From positions 1 through 10,050 of the forward strand of contig JBGSUI010000055.1 of the NCBI GenBank assembly GCA_041736175.1: a stretch of DNA of 10,050 bases, in the 5' to 3' direction. Every line of letters starts with the position of its first letter. Positions within the stretch are counted from its first letter, which is position 1. Shown here piece by piece: positions 7,335 through 10,050 of this stretch. This stretch comes from Oligoflexales bacterium (GTDB lineage: Bacteria > Bdellovibrionota_B > Oligoflexia > Oligoflexales > CAIYRB01). Made by a program: the position numbers and the translations under genes. A model generated the notes under the pieces. It was not told the DNA's origin and made no database searches. It worked only from the letters and a program-made list of their open reading frames with translations.

Positions 7335-8900
7335 CTATTTTGTCACTACTTTGACCCGCCATAAACGCAAATCTGGACTCACAGTTGAAAGCTGTGACAT
7401 ATCAACGTGTTTACCGTGGTATAAAATAATGCGTTCGTAAGCTAGGGGTACAATCCGTGCCTGTTCTAGGAGATTTTTGCCGATTTTTTCATAAAATCCA
7501 TAACGCTTGGATGGATCAGCTTCGGCAATGGCATCCTTCATGACGTTTAGCTCAACAGCACCCTTAGGCAATTTTATATATGGCCTGGAAACATTAAAAG
7601 TTACTTGGAGATTTTCTAAGAGGTCAACGCTACTAAAATCGTTGTTTAGCAAAATTGCGTCGTAACGTTGAGGGTTAGATACAATTTCAACATATTCTGC
7701 GCTATTAGCCCAAACAACAGGCTGCAAATCATAGCCCAGCTTTTGCAGTTCTTCTTCAATTGACTTGTGAAAAGCATTAACCTTACTGTAGGCGAGCCTC
7801 AGAGGCTTTTTCGACCGGTTCGCCGACTGAACCCCAGAATGTTCCTTTTGCAAGTTTGACCAAAAATCCTTGATCCACTCTTGGGAAGGCCTACCTGGTC
7901 CATCGGGTTGGTAAAGCTGGTCTGCACGGACATATTGCGGACCGTTAAATTTTGGCTGAAATCGACCGGGAGCTAAACTAGCTTGAACCAGTCGACGCTC
8001 CCTCAACGACTTAAATACGATACTGTCGGGGTTAAAGGCCAAAAAATAGGAAAAAGCTATAGGTGGTTCGATCTTACTAACTTTACCTGTTGCTAACATT
8101 TCATTATGTAGGTCCGTGGGCATGTTCGATGGCATCCATGCTAAATCGATCTTCAAAGGATCGCCACTTGCTGGTTTAAAATTCGTGATATCGGTGGCCT
8201 TGAGAATGGCACACTCCGGAGCCCCTTTGAGAGCACTTTCAAAATACGAGTTTCGGGTGATGGTCGCGACACCGTCAGACCAAGAATTAAAAACATAAGC
8301 TCCCGATGTTGGATGATCTGTCGCTATTTTTTGCGCCAATAGGGATTTCTCATGGAGCACACCTGTCTCAGGAACCAAGATTGCACGGAGAAAGTTAGGA
8401 GAGGATTTTTTAAGATTGATGACTATGGCCGAGTCGCCATTGAGGCTAACTCCAGAAATGACTCCAAAATCAAAATGGGTAGTTGACCCGATTTTCATCC
8501 CAGCTTCAAAAGTCCTTAAAATGTCTCTGGCTAAAAGTGGAGTACCATCGGACCAAAAGGCTTTTTTAAGCTTGAAATCAAACCGCTTAAAGTCCGGGGA
8601 TACTTCCCATGATTCGGCTAGATCTCCCTCGATACCACCGTCAAGGGCTTGTCCGAGGAGCCTGCGGGTGACATGAGAGTAAAAAATATGCTGTGCCGCA
8701 GTCCTGGCCAAAAATGGCACGATTTCCTGTGGCGCTCCTGGCAGTAAAAATTCAAAAGCTCTCTGACCGGTAGAACCACAAGTCATGCCGAGTCCTTTTT
8801 TATGGGGGTCATCTTGTTTGGGTTGGCTAAAGCCAGAGCCTGAACCATTTGACATGCTCAGCACCCCCACAATCGCAAGTTGGTAGCGATTAAAGATCAT
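7335..8900 (-). CDS. Family 5 (OppA/DppA-like) extracellular solute-binding protein, with no adjacent transporter genes
   Basis: Signature GDLAESWEVSPDFKRFDFKLKKAFWSDGTPLLARDILRTFE, plus TSGAY, RNSYF, FLAFN and a C-terminal IVPL motif. N-terminal hydrophobic stretch LAIVGVLSM. No permease or ATPase gene in the operon. Confidence 0.9.
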   Translation of the reverse strand: MIFNRYQLAIVGVLSMSNGSGSGFSQPKQDDPHKKGLGMTCGSTGQRAFEFLLPGAPQEIVPFLARTAAQHIFYSHVTRRLLGQALDGGIEGDLAESWEVSPDFKRFDFKLKKAFWSDGTPLLARDILRTFEAGMKIGSTTHFDFGVISGVSLNGDSAIVINLKKSSPNFLRAILVPETGVLHEKSLLAQKIATDHPTSGAYVFNSWSDGVATITRNSYFESALKGAPECAILKATDITNFKPASGDPLKIDLAWMPSNMPTDLHNEMLATGKVSKIEPPIAFSYFLAFNPDSIVFKSLRERRLVQASLAPGRFQPKFNGPQYVRADQLYQPDGPGRPSQEWIKDFWSNLQKEHSGVQSANRSKKPLRLAYSKVNAFHKSIEEELQKLGYDLQPVVWANSAEYVEIVSNPQRYDAILLNNDFSSVDLLENLQVTFNVSRPYIKLPKGAVELNVMKDAIAEADPSKRYGFYEKIGKNLLEQARIVPLAYERIILYHGKHVDMSQLSTVSPDLRLWRVKVVTK

Positions 8901-8905
8901 GATCG

Positions 8906-9109
8906 TTACCGATCGCGCCCGGTGCTACGTCCGCCCTTCGACTCACTACAGGTAAACGTCCCATTGAGAGCTGGGAATTTAGTTACGGAAACTTCAGTCA
9001 AATCTAGTGTTGATGACTTTACTATTTTTTCTGAAGGCGCCATAGCCAATAATGGGAGCGAAAGGGAGCTTAAAACCGCTGCTAAAGTCAATGATTCCTT
9101 GGTATTCAC
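8906..9109 (-). CDS. Small exported peptide, putative RiPP precursor for the YcaO
   Basis: 67 aa with GTG start and SD-like GGGGA. Signal-peptide-like N-terminus (LTLAAVLSSLSLPLLAMA). 20 of 67 residues are S/T/C; C-terminus GTFTCSESKGGRSTGRDR. Stop is 5 nt from the SBP ATG. Confidence 0.7.
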   Translation of the reverse strand: MNTKESLTLAAVLSSLSLPLLAMAPSEKIVKSSTLDLTEVSVTKFPALNGTFTCSESKGGRSTGRDR

Positions 9110-9153
9110 TGTAATTTCCCCGATTCTGTTAAATTGTTCAGAAGCCGAGGCTT

Positions 9154-9199
9154 AAAATACACCATTTTTTAAAGTAATCAAGAAAAACTTTAAGAAATG
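9154..9199 (-). promoter_or_regulatory. Candidate sigma70-like promoter of the peptide operon with an overlapping inverted repeat
   Basis: Minus strand TTGATT (9181-9176), 16 nt, TATTTT (9159-9154). A 13-bp inverted repeat CATTTTTTAAAGT (9163-9175) / ACTTTAAGAAATG (9187-9199) pairs at 12/13 positions, and its 11-nt spacer contains the -35 box. Confidence 0.45.
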
Positions 9200-9246
9200 C
9201 CAAAGCAAAGATATTAAAAGATGGCCATGGATTAACTGGCGTGCCC

Positions 9247-9926
9247 TTATTTGTAGTTTTCACAAGTCCAGTTAGCTTTAATGTTTACGAACTTACCGAG
9301 GGGTTCATCTTCAGCCGTCGGCGTCCCAAGCTTCCAGGTCCTCAGGTTTTCGCAAGAAATAGTCCCCTTATTGACCTTAGCCCGATCTCCAGCAGTCATC
9401 TTTGCTTCACAAGAGCTCGCATAGCCCGAAATCGCCTCGCCGCCCGGCTTTGTAGTGTACGTCATTAGGGAAGCTAAGGATGGTATATCATCCGACTTAG
9501 GTTTAATAACGAAGCCAGCTTCGGCGTCACTCTCTTTGACAAAGGTCGTTGAAGCCCCAGTTGCAGGATTTTTGACGTAAAAGTAGACATACCCAAACTT
9601 CGAGTCACCGAGTTTAGAGACATTTGTTGTTTGTATAACTACTTCGAGCTTGTCGGATGTGATATAGCGGCACCAAGTTCCAACTTCACTAAAATCAGCT
9701 TTTTCAATCGCTCCGTTGGTCGTTTGCCGAGTCTCAATTGCGACATTTTCAGTCGCAAGCTCAATCTTATAGTCAAACGACTTTTCATCGCTTTTGGCCG
9801 CGCTATTTTCCAGATAAAAAGTTAATGGTCCCGAACTCGCTATTTCAACACAGTCATTGAGCAATCCAGCATTTGCAGCATTCGAATCATAAGGACTGCT
9901 TAAACAGCTACTATAGTCTTTCTCAC
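9247..9926 (-). pseudogene. Putative secreted hypothetical protein with a disrupted 5' end (intact ORF portion 9247-9864)
   Basis: The 205-aa ORF has 5 Cys and only a TTG start. Upstream, GTG at 9926 reads MRKTIVAV*AVLMI, and a shift into the main frame then gives SNAANAGLLNDC. This reconstitutes a typical Sec signal peptide. It could be real decay or sequence error. Confidence 0.55.
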
Positions 9927-10050
9927 ATGACTTGATATTATCCCTTGAAATTTTTCTTTTATCATGCCATCTTCTCGACCATAATGGACCTTCTTTAACG
10001 TGCTCTCAGCAGAAGGTCGTAAAAAGTGCCATTTCAAGGACAAGAATTTA

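Noticed and set aside
8772..8795. Lipobox in the SBP at LGMTC
   Set aside because: Cys41 is preceded by charged, polar residues rather than an h-region, and GMTC does not fit [LVI][ASTVI][GAS]C.
7335..8900. Ordinary Opp/Dpp ABC uptake operon
   Set aside because: No permease or ATPase gene is adjacent; the neighbours are a small peptide gene and YcaO. Use of a transporter encoded elsewhere is not excluded.
4307..9825. Short plus-strand ORFs within the kinase, YcaO, SBP, peptide and last gene (including 8880-9155)
   Set aside because: They are antisense to a coherent minus-strand operon. 8880-9155 is disfavoured relative to 8906-9109, which has an SD, a signal-like N-terminus and operon coupling.
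1..10050. CRISPR array, tRNA/rRNA or att direct repeats
   Set aside because: No regularly spaced repeats, cloverleaf-like sequence or convincing long direct repeat was found by eye.

Overview
This bacterial window has two parts. The left part (about 1-3850) looks like a phage-satellite or integrative-element backbone. It has a TOPRIM primase/P-loop helicase gene that appears truncated by a 96-bp inverted-repeat-bounded element, an alpA regulator, a divergent 356-aa orphan ORF and a small HTH gene; no integrase is visible. The right part (4012-9109, minus strand) is a tightly coupled four-gene operon: a 67-aa signal-peptide-bearing Ser/Thr/Cys-rich peptide, an orphan family-5 peptide-binding protein, a compact stand-alone YcaO ending in PxP, and a membrane hybrid histidine kinase with two receiver domains. 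My main inference is that this operon is a YcaO-RiPP peptide signalling module; I do not recognise it as a described system, but novelty needs database checks. The last gene encodes a probable secreted protein whose signal-peptide region is broken by a stop and a frameshift. No rRNA, tRNA or CRISPR array was seen.
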